A stretch of DNA of 64,000 bases from Actinomycetales bacterium (lineage in GTDB: Bacteria > Actinomycetota > Actinomycetes > Actinomycetales > CAWJMD01), in NCBI GenBank assembly GCA_047974565.1, contig JBKECN010000034.1:128760-192759 (forward strand), in the 5' to 3' direction. The first letter of the stretch is position 1. Each line of letters opens with the position of its first letter. A model generated the notes under the pieces. The model was not told the DNA's origin. It was given only the letters and a program-made list of their open reading frames with translations, and did not search any database. A program made the position numbers and the translations under genes. This document shows, one piece after another, positions 33,965 through 42,688 of the stretch.

Positions 33965-35341
33965 GTGGTGGACGCCGAGCGAGACAACCGGGTCCGGGCG
34001 CTGCCGCGCGAACAGCACGTCACGGGCGGGTGCCACAGGCTGTCGGGAGATGAGATGCCGAGCTCCGAGTCAGGCACGGGCGATCCCCGCGTCCGCGAAC
34101 GGTCGGTGAACCGGGTGCACCAGCCGGGAGGCGAGCGACCTCGACCGCAGGTGGCCGAGTCGTGGCGGCGCGCCCAGGCCAGCGGCCTCGATCCGTCCGC
34201 CGACCCGAGCAACCAGCCGCTGCCGGAGTCCGAACGCGAGCATCGCCGGGCCACGTCCGGCTTGGAACCGCTGATCCCGGGACTGCGGGCGAACCTCGAT
34301 CCGGTGCTGCGGATGGGGTACCTGCTGGTCATCACCGATCCGCAGGCCCGGGTGCTGTGGCGGTTCGGCGATCCGGGCTCGCGGCGGCGGGCCGACCAGT
34401 TGGGCTTCGTGTCGGGGGCGGACTGGTCCGAATCGAATGTGGGCACCAACGCCATCGGCACCACGGTGGTGCTCGGTGATCCCGTCCACATTCGCGGCCC
34501 GGAGCATTTCGCCGACTCGCACGCGGCCTGGGGATGTGCGGCGGCTCCCCTGGTGGACCCGTGGACCGGGAAGGTGCTCGGCGTCATCGACGTCAGCGGC
34601 GCCAGCCGGCAACTCAACCCTGCGGCGATGGCCCTGGTGACGATGGCGGCGCAACTGGCCGGTCACGAACTCCTTGAGCGGCATCGTGGCCGGTTGGACC
34701 GGTTGCGCCAGCGTGCCGCGCCGCTGGTGGCCGCGCTTGGCGGGCAGGCCGTGGCGGTCGACCTGGCCGGTCACGTGGCAGCGGCCATCGGCCTGTCGGC
34801 TCCGGATCGGGTACACCTGCCGACCGGCCTGGCCGCGGGCCCGGTGCGGCTGGCGGAACTGGGCGCCGGCCACGCCGAGCCCTTGCCCGGCGGCTGGCTG
34901 ATCAGGATCGATCCGGACGAGGCGTGCGAGGCCACCTCCGCCCTGGTGATCCTGGACGGCGTGCCGAGGCTTCTGGTGAACACCCCGGGCGGCCAGTGGA
35001 CGCATGACCTGACCCGTCGGCATGCGGAGATCCTGCTGGCGCTGGTGGCTGCCGGGCCCATCGGGCTGACCGGGCCCCAGCTGGGTGCGGCGGTGTTCGG
35101 TGAGGCGGCCCCGTTGGTGACGGTGCGGGCAGAGATCTCCCGGCTGCGTAAGGCCCTCGGCGCGGTCTTGCAGGCGCGTCCGTATCGGATCGCCGCCGGC
35201 GTCAGCGTGCAGGTGCGTCTGCCCGCCGACGGCTGGACGCTGCTCCCGGGCTCGACGGCGCCCGTGGTGAGCCGGATCCGCGAACTGCATCGTCCGGGCA
35301 CGCAGGACTGGACCAGGTGCCTGGAGGCGCTGGAGGAGTGA
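33965..35341 (+). CDS. GAF-domain transcriptional regulator (AcoR-N-terminal-like), divergent from the monooxygenase
   Basis: SNVGTNAIGTTVVLGDPVHIRGPEHF...WGCAAAPLVDPWTGKVLGVIDVSG is the GAF block of this regulator class. The C-terminus is helix-rich and DNA-binding-like. The start is uncertain (ATG 34055 is possible). Confidence 0.65.
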   Translation: MVDAERDNRVRALPREQHVTGGCHRLSGDEMPSSESGTGDPRVRERSVNRVHQPGGERPRPQVAESWRRAQASGLDPSADPSNQPLPESEREHRRATSGLEPLIPGLRANLDPVLRMGYLLVITDPQARVLWRFGDPGSRRRADQLGFVSGADWSESNVGTNAIGTTVVLGDPVHIRGPEHFADSHAAWGCAAAPLVDPWTGKVLGVIDVSGASRQLNPAAMALVTMAAQLAGHELLERHRGRLDRLRQRAAPLVAALGGQAVAVDLAGHVAAAIGLSAPDRVHLPTGLAAGPVRLAELGAGHAEPLPGGWLIRIDPDEACEATSALVILDGVPRLLVNTPGGQWTHDLTRRHAEILLALVAAGPIGLTGPQLGAAVFGEAAPLVTVRAEISRLRKALGAVLQARPYRIAAGVSVQVRLPADGWTLLPGSTAPVVSRIRELHRPGTQDWTRCLEALEE

Positions 35342-35355
35342 CGGGCCCATGCGGG

Positions 35356-35545
35356 GAACGAGCTGGGCAAGTGACGCGGGCAAGCGAACCGGGGAACGAG
35401 CTGGGCAAGTGACGCAGGCGAGCAACCCGGCGAACGAGCTGGGCAAAGTGACGCGGGAGCAACCCGGCGAACGAGCTGGGCAAGTGACACGGGCGAGCAA
35501 CCCGGCGAACCAGCTGGGCAAGTGACACGGGCGAGCAACCCGGCG
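35356..35545. repeat. 37-39-bp tandem repeat x5 (GAACGAGCTGGGCAAGTGACRCGGGCGAGCAACCCGGC)
   Basis: Copies at 35356, 35395, 35433, 35470 and 35508, with a degenerate tail to ~35610. It starts 15 nt after the regulator stop, and the gene's own 3' end (GCGCTGGAGGAGTGACGGGCCCATGC) resembles a unit. Confidence 0.9.
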
Positions 35546-35646
35546 AACACGCAACGCGGACGAGCGGTGCAGGCGAGGGTGCAGACGAGCGGGGCAGACG
35601 AGCGCGGGCGGACCAGCATTACCCAGCGCTCTGGGAGGATGCCTGC

Positions 35647-36372
35647 ATGCGGTGGGGCGAGTTCGTGCGACAAGTCAGGGATGCCGGCGTCGCGACGGCG
35701 CGGCAGGTCCAATCGGCCCGGGCGGTCCGGGCGCGCGGCATCGTCGATTCCGCGTCCACCGGCTCACCCGGTTCCGGGAGCCGGCCCTCGCCGGACGGGG
35801 CGCCACCCCGCCGGGAGCCTGCCGCCGTGCGGGGCCGGGTCGGCGCGGTGGCCAGGCGAACCCGCCGCTCGGTTGCCGGCGGCGCTCGCACCGCGGTTGC
35901 CCGAGTCACCACTCGCCGTTCCCGTTCGCGGCCGATCACCCCACCCAATGACGGGCGGCCGCTGGCCTACCCGGGCGACTTCACCGGTGCAGTGGAGTTG
36001 CGGTATGCGCCGCGGCCGGATTCCCACGCCGACCCGGGGGAGGTCGTCTGGGCGTGGGTGCCCTTCGAGGAGGACCATCAGCGGGGCAAGGATCGGCCGG
36101 CGCTGGTCATCGCCAAGGAGAGCCAGTGGCTGCTGGCGCTGATGCTCACCAGCCGCGACCACGACCTGGACTCCCCCGCACAGACTCGCTCCGGACGCTC
36201 GTGGTTCGACATCGGTACCGGTGACTGGGACCCCCAACGTCGACCCAGCGAGGTGCGCACCGACCGGATCATCCGGCTCGACCCGGTGCGGGTGCGCCGG
36301 CAGGGAGGACGGGTGAGCCTGCGGGTCTTCGACGCCGTCGCCGCGGAGGTGCGCCGGGTCAACGGCTGGTAG
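35647..36372 (+). CDS. PemK/MazF-like domain protein with long Arg-rich N-terminal extension
   Basis: The C-terminal half DPGEVVWAWVPFEEDHQRGKDRPALVIAK...RTDRIIRLDP fits the PemK-like fold signature. The first ~110 aa are low-complexity. Confidence 0.65.
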   Translation: MRWGEFVRQVRDAGVATARQVQSARAVRARGIVDSASTGSPGSGSRPSPDGAPPRREPAAVRGRVGAVARRTRRSVAGGARTAVARVTTRRSRSRPITPPNDGRPLAYPGDFTGAVELRYAPRPDSHADPGEVVWAWVPFEEDHQRGKDRPALVIAKESQWLLALMLTSRDHDLDSPAQTRSGRSWFDIGTGDWDPQRRPSEVRTDRIIRLDPVRVRRQGGRVSLRVFDAVAAEVRRVNGW

Positions 36373-36494
36373 CCGACGATCGACTGGTTGCAGACGAGCG
36401 AAGGTTCGGCTCCTGGCGACACCATGTTCGGGGTCGACGCCCCACGCGCCCGGCAGGCCCCCGCTGCGCGGCTTGGCAAGTCGGAGGCAGAGCG

Positions 36495-37145
36495 TCGACG
36501 CCCCACGCGCCCCGCGGGCCCGCGGGCCGCGCCCACCCCCCAAGCGCCCCACCAGCCACGCGTACCACCCACGGACGCAGACACCCGGCATCCCACCGGC
36601 CGCCACCCCCGCGACCACGAACCCAGTGACCACTCTCGCGTCCCTGAGACACATTTACGTACACCGAACCGGAGCGGCGGGCACCACCCGCTCGCGGTGT
36701 AGACAAACACGTCCCAGCCACACATTTGCGTACACCAGAACGAGGCGGGATCGACGCCCCACGCGCCCGGCAGGCCCGCGGGCCGCGCCAACCCCCCAAG
36801 CGCCCCACCAGCCACGCGCACCACCCACGAACCCAGACCACCGGCATCCCACCGGACGCCACCCCCGCGACCACGAACCCAGTGAACACTTTCGCGTCCC
36901 TCAGACACATTTACGTACACCGAACCGGAGCGGCGGGCACCACCCGCTCCCGGTGTACACAAACACGTCCCAGCCACACATTTGCGTACACCAGAACGCG
37001 GCGGGGTCGACGCCCCACGCGCCCGGCAGGCCCGCGGACCGCGCCAACCCCCCAAGCGCCCCACCAGCCACACGTACCACCCACGAACGCAGACCACCGG
37101 CATCCCACCGGACGCCACCCCGCGACCACGAACCCGGTGAACACG
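36495..37145. repeat. 256-bp tandem repeat, about 2.5 copies (plus a ~30-nt partial copy at 36433)
   Basis: TCGACGCCCCACGCGCC starts at 36495, 36751 and 37007 (period 256). Copies are more than 90 percent alike by eye. The plus strand is strongly C/A-rich. Each unit carries ACACATTTRCGTACACC twice, flanking a 14-bp interrupted hairpin. Confidence 0.92.
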
Positions 37146-37170
37146 GCGGTGTGCGGCTATGGGCGTCCGG

Positions 37171-37611
37171 TCAGCGGGGCTCGCAGATGACCACCGGGAT
37201 GTCGCGGGAGGTACGCCGTTGGTACCCGGCGTAGCCACGGTAGGCGGCCACGATCCGAGGCCACAGTTCGCCCTTCTGCTCGGCGCTGGCGGGGCGCGCC
37301 AGCATCGGCCGGGTCACCCCGTCCAGGGTCAACTCCACGTCGGGATTGGCGAGCAGGTTGCGGTACCAGTCCGGGTCCCGGTCGTCCCCTCCTTTGGAGG
37401 CCACGAGCACCACGGTGTTGCCGTCGATGACCGGCGCGGTGAGCATGGTCGAACGGCGCTTGCCCGACGTGCGGCCGATCGTGTGCAACTCGACGACGGG
37501 CATCGGCCCGAGTCGACCACCGAGCCGGCCCCCGGAAAGAGCCAGCACGCTCTTGTGGAGGACATTGACGACCCGGTGCATTCGGTCTATGACGAAGTCG
37601 CGCACCTGCAT
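37171..37611 (-). CDS. Nitroreductase-family deazaflavin (F420)-dependent oxidoreductase (DUF385)
   Basis: [17 protein letters not shown]...[22 protein letters not shown]...[12 protein letters not shown]. The ORF was trimmed to ATG 37611. Confidence 0.8.
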   Translation of the reverse strand: MQVRDFVIDRMHRVVNVLHKSVLALSGGRLGGRLGPMPVVELHTIGRTSGKRRSTMLTAPVIDGNTVVLVASKGGDDRDPDWYRNLLANPDVELTLDGVTRPMLARPASAEQKGELWPRIVAAYRGYAGYQRRTSRDIPVVICEPR

Positions 37612-37834
37612 CCGCACACCGTATCCGGGCGGATCGCCCGTCGAGGACGACGCCCCTGCGCGCCGGCGGTGGACACGCATCCGGCTGCCTGCTGGTAGCC
37701 TTGTGTGTTGCGTGTCCGCGTGGTCGTGCGGGCGCCATCTTTTGTGTGACCCACGATGCAGTGTCCCCACCCTGCGCGCGGGCCGCCAGCCCTCACCGAC
37801 CAGTGACCCGAAAGACCGACGAGAAAGCAGACCT

Positions 37835-38098
37835 GTGGCGAACATCAAGTCCCAGATCAAGCGCAACAAGACCAACGAGAAGGCTCGGCTGCGCAACAAG
37901 GCCGTCAAGTCCGAACTCAAGACGGCCGTCCGCTCGTTCCGAGACGCCGTCAAGGGCGGCGATGCCGACGCCACCAGCAAGGCGCTGGCGAACGCCTCTC
38001 GCAAGCTGGACAAGGCCGTGAGCAAGGGCGTCATCCACAAGAACCAGGCGGCCAACCGCAAGTCGGCGATGGCCAAGGCGGCTGCCAACGCCTCCTGA
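37835..38098 (+). CDS. rpsT: 30S ribosomal protein S20
   Basis: [30 protein letters not shown]..., 87 aa, GTG start. Confidence 0.95.
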   Translation: MANIKSQIKRNKTNEKARLRNKAVKSELKTAVRSFRDAVKGGDADATSKALANASRKLDKAVSKGVIHKNQAANRKSAMAKAAANAS

Positions 38099-38128
38099 GT
38101 CTCGTATCGAGCTGAGTGTCGTATCGAG
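38095..38128 (+). repeat. 17-bp tandem duplication containing the rpsT stop codon
   Basis: CTGAGTCTCGTATCGAG / CTGAGTGTCGTATCGAG. The first unit contains TGA 38096-38098. Confidence 0.9.
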
Positions 38129-38156
38129 CCCGCCCGGTGTCGAACCGGGCGGGCTC
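38126..38156 (+). terminator. rpsT terminator hairpin (no U-tract)
   Basis: Perfect 12-bp stem GAGCCCGCCCGG-TGTCGAA-CCGGGCGGGCTC, 28 nt after the stop. This is the I-shaped type common in high-GC actinobacteria. Confidence 0.55.
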
Positions 38157-38521
38157 GTGCGTATCCGGGCGCACGACCTCAGGCGGTTGGGGAGTGACCC
38201 TGGCGTGGTGACCGGCGATCTCCCGGTGGGAGACCACACCGCCATGGTGCGTTGGTCGGCCTGCAAGCTCGGCACGGCCCTGGGCGGGCTCGGTCAGCGG
38301 GCACGGTCGGCGGGCTCGGCACGGCCGGGCGGGTTCATCCGGCGGGCGATGAAGCCAAGGCAGGTGCAGATGACGGGTTGCCACTTCGGTGACCAGTGAC
38401 TCACTTCTGACCCCAGTGAGCAGCATCCGGCGGCGAATCGGAACCCGGCGGGCAATCGCATCGCGATGTACGGTTGAACACCCCGTTCACGCGTCCTGGC
38501 TCACTGACGAGGCGGTTGAAG

Positions 38522-39685
38522 ATGAGTTCGCTCCCACGGCGGGTCCTGGCGTGCGGTGGCCTGCTGGCGCTGCTGCTCGGGCTCGGCGCAACCTCAACCC
38601 AGGCTGCCCAGAGCAGGCCTGCACCCGCCCGAACCGGGACCATCCTCGTCGAGCCGTGGAGCGAAGGCACGCTCCCCGGCCAGCCACCTGTCATCACCGT
38701 CTTCGCCAGCTGCGTCCGCTGGGCCGCCCCCGGTGTCACCGAGGCAGTCTTCGGCTACGAGAGCAGCGCGGATCGATCGATCCTGGTGGACCTCGGGCCG
38801 CTCAACGACGTCCACGTCACGCCACGACGCACTCTCGGCTCCCACCCGCCGTCCGCCCAAGGCCCGTCCACTGACAGCCAGGCCACTACCATCGAACCCC
38901 CCGGTGGTGAGGCGGTCGCGACCCCGCTGAGCGATCCAGCCACTCAGGCCCGACACAAGCGATCCAGGCCGCCCACGTCTCAGCCGGTCCAGTCGCAGCC
39001 CACCCTGATCCTGCCCGACCGGCGTGAACCGTATGTCTTCGCCATCCGATATCCGACTGGGCTCGGCGCGGCCTGGCAGATCGCCAGCCCTTCGCCGGCA
39101 GGCCTCGACGCGAGTCCCGACTGGCGAGTGACCGCCACCACCAGACGAGCCCCCCGATGCGGCTCAGATGTCCCTGATCACTTCTCGGTCGTGCAGTCTG
39201 CCGGCGTCTTCGGCTTGGAGAAACGCAACGAGGTATGGCAAACCGACACCGCCATCCCCCACCTGACGGGATACGACATCGGCATCGCCGGCGCCGACGA
39301 TGACGCGATCGCTTGCAGCCCGGGCGGTGTGCCCATGCCGAGCACCCGGTGGTTCGCCTGGCCGGCCTCTGACGTCAATCTGCTGCCGCTGAACGATCCG
39401 GACGCCCGTGACGTCGTGATCGAAGGGCGGGCCTTCCAGATGAGTACCGTGGACGCTCGCCCGGTCGCCGACGTGACCCAGCCCACCGGCTGGACGGGGC
39501 CGTACGTCGATGTGATCGGCCGGTGCGCCTTCGCGGACGGAGCCACGGCCACCAGCCTCCCCTTCTGGGTCGACTCCACCACCAACTGGGATTTCCAGCC
39601 CATGTTCGACGATCCGAGCGATCCCACCGCCGTCACCTGGATCAGGGTGCTGGCGGTCTCCCCCGGAGGGGTCAGAATTCGGTGA
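38522..39685 (+). CDS. Secreted Cys-containing protein, unknown family (paralog A)
   Basis: Signal peptide MSSLPRRVLACGGLLALLLGLGATSTQA. Long identical blocks with 48420-49607. The start was chosen by alignment of the RBS regions (GAGGCGGTTGAAGATG vs GAGGCGGTTGTAGATG). Confidence 0.75.
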   Translation: MSSLPRRVLACGGLLALLLGLGATSTQAAQSRPAPARTGTILVEPWSEGTLPGQPPVITVFASCVRWAAPGVTEAVFGYESSADRSILVDLGPLNDVHVTPRRTLGSHPPSAQGPSTDSQATTIEPPGGEAVATPLSDPATQARHKRSRPPTSQPVQSQPTLILPDRREPYVFAIRYPTGLGAAWQIASPSPAGLDASPDWRVTATTRRAPRCGSDVPDHFSVVQSAGVFGLEKRNEVWQTDTAIPHLTGYDIGIAGADDDAIACSPGGVPMPSTRWFAWPASDVNLLPLNDPDARDVVIEGRAFQMSTVDARPVADVTQPTGWTGPYVDVIGRCAFADGATATSLPFWVDSTTNWDFQPMFDDPSDPTAVTWIRVLAVSPGGVRIR

Positions 39686-39842
39686 CCGCGGGGTGCGCCC
39701 GCTGCGGTCCGACGCGGCCATCACAGTGCCGCGCGGGTGGGGTCCAGGGCAGTGTCGCGAAGTCGATGCCGGCGCAGCGGCTCGGTTTCTCCCCGCCACC
39801 CGAAGCATGTCTGCCGCGAGCGGCTTACTCAGACCTGTCGGG

Positions 39843-40865
39843 CTATCCACCGCAAGCGGTGACCACGAGCCGCTCCATCGTGTAGACGGGGTCTGCGGTC
39901 CGGCCGTAAATGGTGTCGGCGATCTCCACCCCTCCTTTGAGTGCTACGTCGGCAGCGGCCACGTCGATGATCGCTGCGGCCAGATCGTCGGGCGGCCAGT
40001 TCCGTAGGTGCCGCCGGGCCTGGTCGACCATCCATGGGGCCATCCCGAGTTCCTTGGCGACTTGCCCACCGGCGCCAGTGGCGACCGAGACCTTCGCGAG
40101 TTGGCGTAGTTTCACCGCGATGGCGGCCAGCATCGGGATGGGATCGACCCCGGAGTCGAGGGCACGACGCACGGTGAGCAGGGCCCGCCCGGCGTCCCGG
40201 GCGACGACTGCGTCGGCCACCTCGAACCCGGACGCCTCGGCGCGGCCACCGTAGTACCGCTGCACGTCGGCGATGTCGATGTCGGTGTCGATGTCGCTCA
40301 TCAGCTGGGCGCAGGAGGCGGCGAGTTCGCGAAGGTCGGAGCCGAAGGCGTCGACGAGCAGTTGGGCCGCCGGGGAGGAGATGGTGCGCCGGGCGTCGGC
40401 GAACTCCTGCCCGACGAAGGAGAGCAGTTCGTTATCGCGTTTGATCGCGGGGCAGTCCACCCACACCACGTCCGGGACGGTCTTGGCCCGGTCTACCAGC
40501 TTCTTGGCCCGCACTCCCCCGCCGTGGCACAGCACGAGGACGACGTCGGGCTGGGGGTCGTCCAGGTAGGCCAGTACTTCGGTGACCGCAAGGTCGTTGG
40601 CCTCGGCGAGCCCGACGACGGTCACCATCCGGTGCTCCTCGAAGAGGGAGGGACTGGCCAGGCGAGCCAGAGTGCCGGGCTGGTAGCTGGCGGCCTCGAC
40701 GCGGGTGGCCTCGACCTGCTCGTGTGCCTGACGCGCCTGGGTCTGCACGCGTGCCGCGGCCCGGTCGACGAGCAGGCTCTCGGGGCCCGTGACGAGCACC
40801 ACCGGGGCTGGGCGTGCCTGCTTCCAGGTGAGGGCCTTGCCGGTGGAGCGTTTGGCTGGAGGCAT
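39843..40865 (-). CDS. holA: DNA polymerase III subunit delta
   Basis: PVVLVTGPESLLVDRA...SLFEEHRMVTV... is the delta N-domain pattern, and the gene sits in the conserved position between rpsT and comEC. Trimmed to ATG 40865. Confidence 0.85.
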   Translation of the reverse strand: MPPAKRSTGKALTWKQARPAPVVLVTGPESLLVDRAAARVQTQARQAHEQVEATRVEAASYQPGTLARLASPSLFEEHRMVTVVGLAEANDLAVTEVLAYLDDPQPDVVLVLCHGGGVRAKKLVDRAKTVPDVVWVDCPAIKRDNELLSFVGQEFADARRTISSPAAQLLVDAFGSDLRELAASCAQLMSDIDTDIDIADVQRYYGGRAEASGFEVADAVVARDAGRALLTVRRALDSGVDPIPMLAAIAVKLRQLAKVSVATGAGGQVAKELGMAPWMVDQARRHLRNWPPDDLAAAIIDVAAADVALKGGVEIADTIYGRTADPVYTMERLVVTACGG

Positions 40866-41095
40866 GGTCGAAACCCTAACCGGACCTGCCGACACCTGCG
40901 CCGTGCGCAGGGGCGTGCGGTGTTGCGGACCTCGGCCGCTTGAACCTGGCCCCGGGGCACGTCCGGCACGCCCGTGAGCGGATAGGGGGGTACAGATGTG
41001 GACTCCCTGCAAGGTGCAATCCCGGCTAGCGTCGATCACGTCGACACGCGCGACCCAGGCCAGACCCTTAGCACCGATCCGCCGCAGGAGATGCA

Positions 41096-41533
41096 TTGAC
41101 CAACACCGACTTCGACCAGATCTTCCCCCTCGGGGTGAAGAACGACGCGTTCGCCCAGTACTTCATCGGACAGAGCTATCTGGCGCCGCTTAGCACCGAG
41201 GGAAATGTCGCGGTGAGCAATGTGAGCTTCGAGCCCGGCTGCCGCAACAACTGGCATATCCACCACGGCACCGCGGGCGGCGGCGACCAGATCCTGCTGT
41301 GCACGGCCGGCAGCGGCTGGTACCAGGCCGCCGGCACCGACCCGGTCAGCCTGGTGCCGGGATCGGTGATCCGGGTACCGGCAGGCACCAAGCATTGGCA
41401 CGGCGCGAAAGCGGACTCGTGGTTCTCCCACATCGCCTTCATCACGCCGGGCGAAGGCGTCAGCAACGAATGGCTCGAACCCGTCACCGACGAGGTGTAC
41501 CAGCAGTTGCCCACGGACGATGCGAACGGATGA
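41096..41533 (+). CDS. Cupin domain protein
   Basis: NNWHIHHG...G...IRVPAGTKHWHGA is the two-motif cupin signature. TTG start. Confidence 0.75.
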   Translation: MTNTDFDQIFPLGVKNDAFAQYFIGQSYLAPLSTEGNVAVSNVSFEPGCRNNWHIHHGTAGGGDQILLCTAGSGWYQAAGTDPVSLVPGSVIRVPAGTKHWHGAKADSWFSHIAFITPGEGVSNEWLEPVTDEVYQQLPTDDANG

Positions 41534-41634
41534 CCGTGCCGCACGTCCCCTCATCTGGAACGCACTGCCCCAGGTCGGGGTGCCCAGACGCGCTGTTCCG
41601 CGCGAGCAACCACATCTTGTGAGGAGAAGTAGTA

Positions 41635-41958
41635 GTGGCTGAGAAAGTGACCGCCGGCCGGGACGCCCTGGGCGAGTTCGCGCCGACATTTGCCGGGTTC
41701 AACGACGACGTGCTCTTCGGACAGGTCTGGTCCCGCGAGGAGGAGTTGTCCCCGCGCATCCGCAGCATCGTCACGGTGACCGCGCTGATGTCCAGCGGGG
41801 TCCTCGACGGCTCGCTGCAGCATCACATCGGGTTCGCCAAGGCCAACGGAGTGACAGCGCAGGAGATGGCTGAAGTGCTCACGCACGCAGCCTTCTACGC
41901 CGGCTGGCCCAAGGCCTGGGCGGCGTTCCGGCTGGCCAAGGAGATCTATCAGGACTGA
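41635..41958 (+). CDS. Carboxymuconolactone decarboxylase (CMD/AhpD-like) family protein
   Basis: FGQVWSREEELSPRIRSIVTVTALMS...EMAEVLTHAAFYAGWPKAW. GTG follows GAGGAGA. Confidence 0.8.
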   Translation: MAEKVTAGRDALGEFAPTFAGFNDDVLFGQVWSREEELSPRIRSIVTVTALMSSGVLDGSLQHHIGFAKANGVTAQEMAEVLTHAAFYAGWPKAWAAFRLAKEIYQD

Positions 41959-41974
41959 GGGGTGGGTGCCGGCC

Positions 41975-42050
41975 GCCGGCCGCAACAACGGCATGCCAAC
42001 CTCGTCGCATGTGCCGACTTCGGCATGCCGGAACCCGCGGGTCCCCGGGA
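41975..42050 (+). repeat. Dispersed ~65-nt palindromic element, copy 1
   Basis: CAACGGCATGCCAACCTCGTCGCATGTGCCGACTTCGGCATGCCGGAACCCG. CGGCATGCCAA and its complement form the stem. Confidence 0.85.
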
Positions 42051-42128
42051 TAGCGGCAGTGCACCATCAGCGTCGTTTGCTCGTTCGCCAGACAAGGTGG
42101 GGCAGGACGCCTGCTCGGGGAAGCGAAC

Positions 42129-42575
42129 TCAGGCATTCAGGCAAAGCGATGCTGCGTTGTCCCAGAACACTGCGCGGACCTGCGCTGGGTCCAACACCTG
42201 CCGGACGAGATCGAAGTCCTCGTCACGGAAGGGACGGCGGGCCCGGGTCGAGGGCAGATCGCTGCCGACCATCAGTGCGCTTGGGTTCACCGCCATGATC
42301 GCGGGATCACGTTGGCCGGATTGAGGGTCACCCGCCCGAATCCGGTGGCCTTGATCTTGACGCCACGCTCGGCCAGGCGCAGCAGTGTGCTCACGCCCTC
42401 TGGTCGGGGGCCTGAGTTGGGTGACGCCGACCAAGGTGGGATCCAGCGCGGCCAACGCACCAACCAGATAGCTCTGGTCGAACCCTTGGAATGACCCCGA
42501 CACCACCGCCCCGCCGGCCACACCCAGCCCAGCGACGCGGTCTCGGTAGTCCACGGCGGTGAAGGGTCCCGGCGC
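42129..42575 (-). pseudogene. Amidohydrolase-2 family gene remnant (N-terminally truncated, frameshifted)
   Basis: Family-like blocks are split over two minus frames: LLRLAERGVKIKATGFGRV in one, and ALMVGSDLPSTR...VFWDNAASLCLNA in the other. It is far shorter than a full-length enzyme. Confidence 0.6.
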
Positions 42576-42636
42576 CGCAACAACGGCGTGCCAACCTCGT
42601 CGCATGTGCCGACCTTGGCATACCGAGACCCGAGTC
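42573..42636 (+). repeat. Dispersed ~65-nt palindromic element, copy 2
   Basis: CAACGGCGTGCCAACCTCGTCGCATGTGCCGACCTTGGCATACCGAGACCCG, in the same orientation as copy 1. Confidence 0.85.
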
Positions 42637-42688
42637 AGGCGACGGTTTGTATAGTGGCTCATATAACATCGACCCGGAGGGATTTGCT

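Noticed and set aside
31927-34617. 896-aa reading of the monooxygenase ORF, and likewise the long forms of asd (to 16762), cysE (to 18250), HIT (to 23383) and holA (to 41096)
   Set aside because: The upstream extensions are Arg/Pro/Ser-rich and non-homologous. Conserved N-termini with plausible RBS occur at the internal starts used in the feature list.
35356-35545. Possible CRISPR array (regular ~38-bp repeats)
   Set aside because: The units are directly adjacent with no unique spacers, there are no cas genes in the window, and the repeat is not palindromic in the CRISPR manner. It is a minisatellite.
36078-37238. 386-aa minus ORF (and plus ORFs 36473-37234, 36726-37190) across the 256-bp repeats as repeat proteins
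   Set aside because: The period of 256 is not divisible by 3, so successive copies are read in different frames. The translations are Arg/Gly/Trp- or Pro/Thr/Arg/His-rich, and no frame is conserved between copies.
38470-38500. CRP/GlxR-type operator (TGTGA-N6-TCACA) in the conserved upstream region of the two secreted paralogs
   Set aside because: GGTTGAACACCCCGTTCACG (A) and GGTTTAACAGTCCCGCTCACG (B) share only a TCAC half-site. The spacing differs by one nt and does not fit the N6 consensus.
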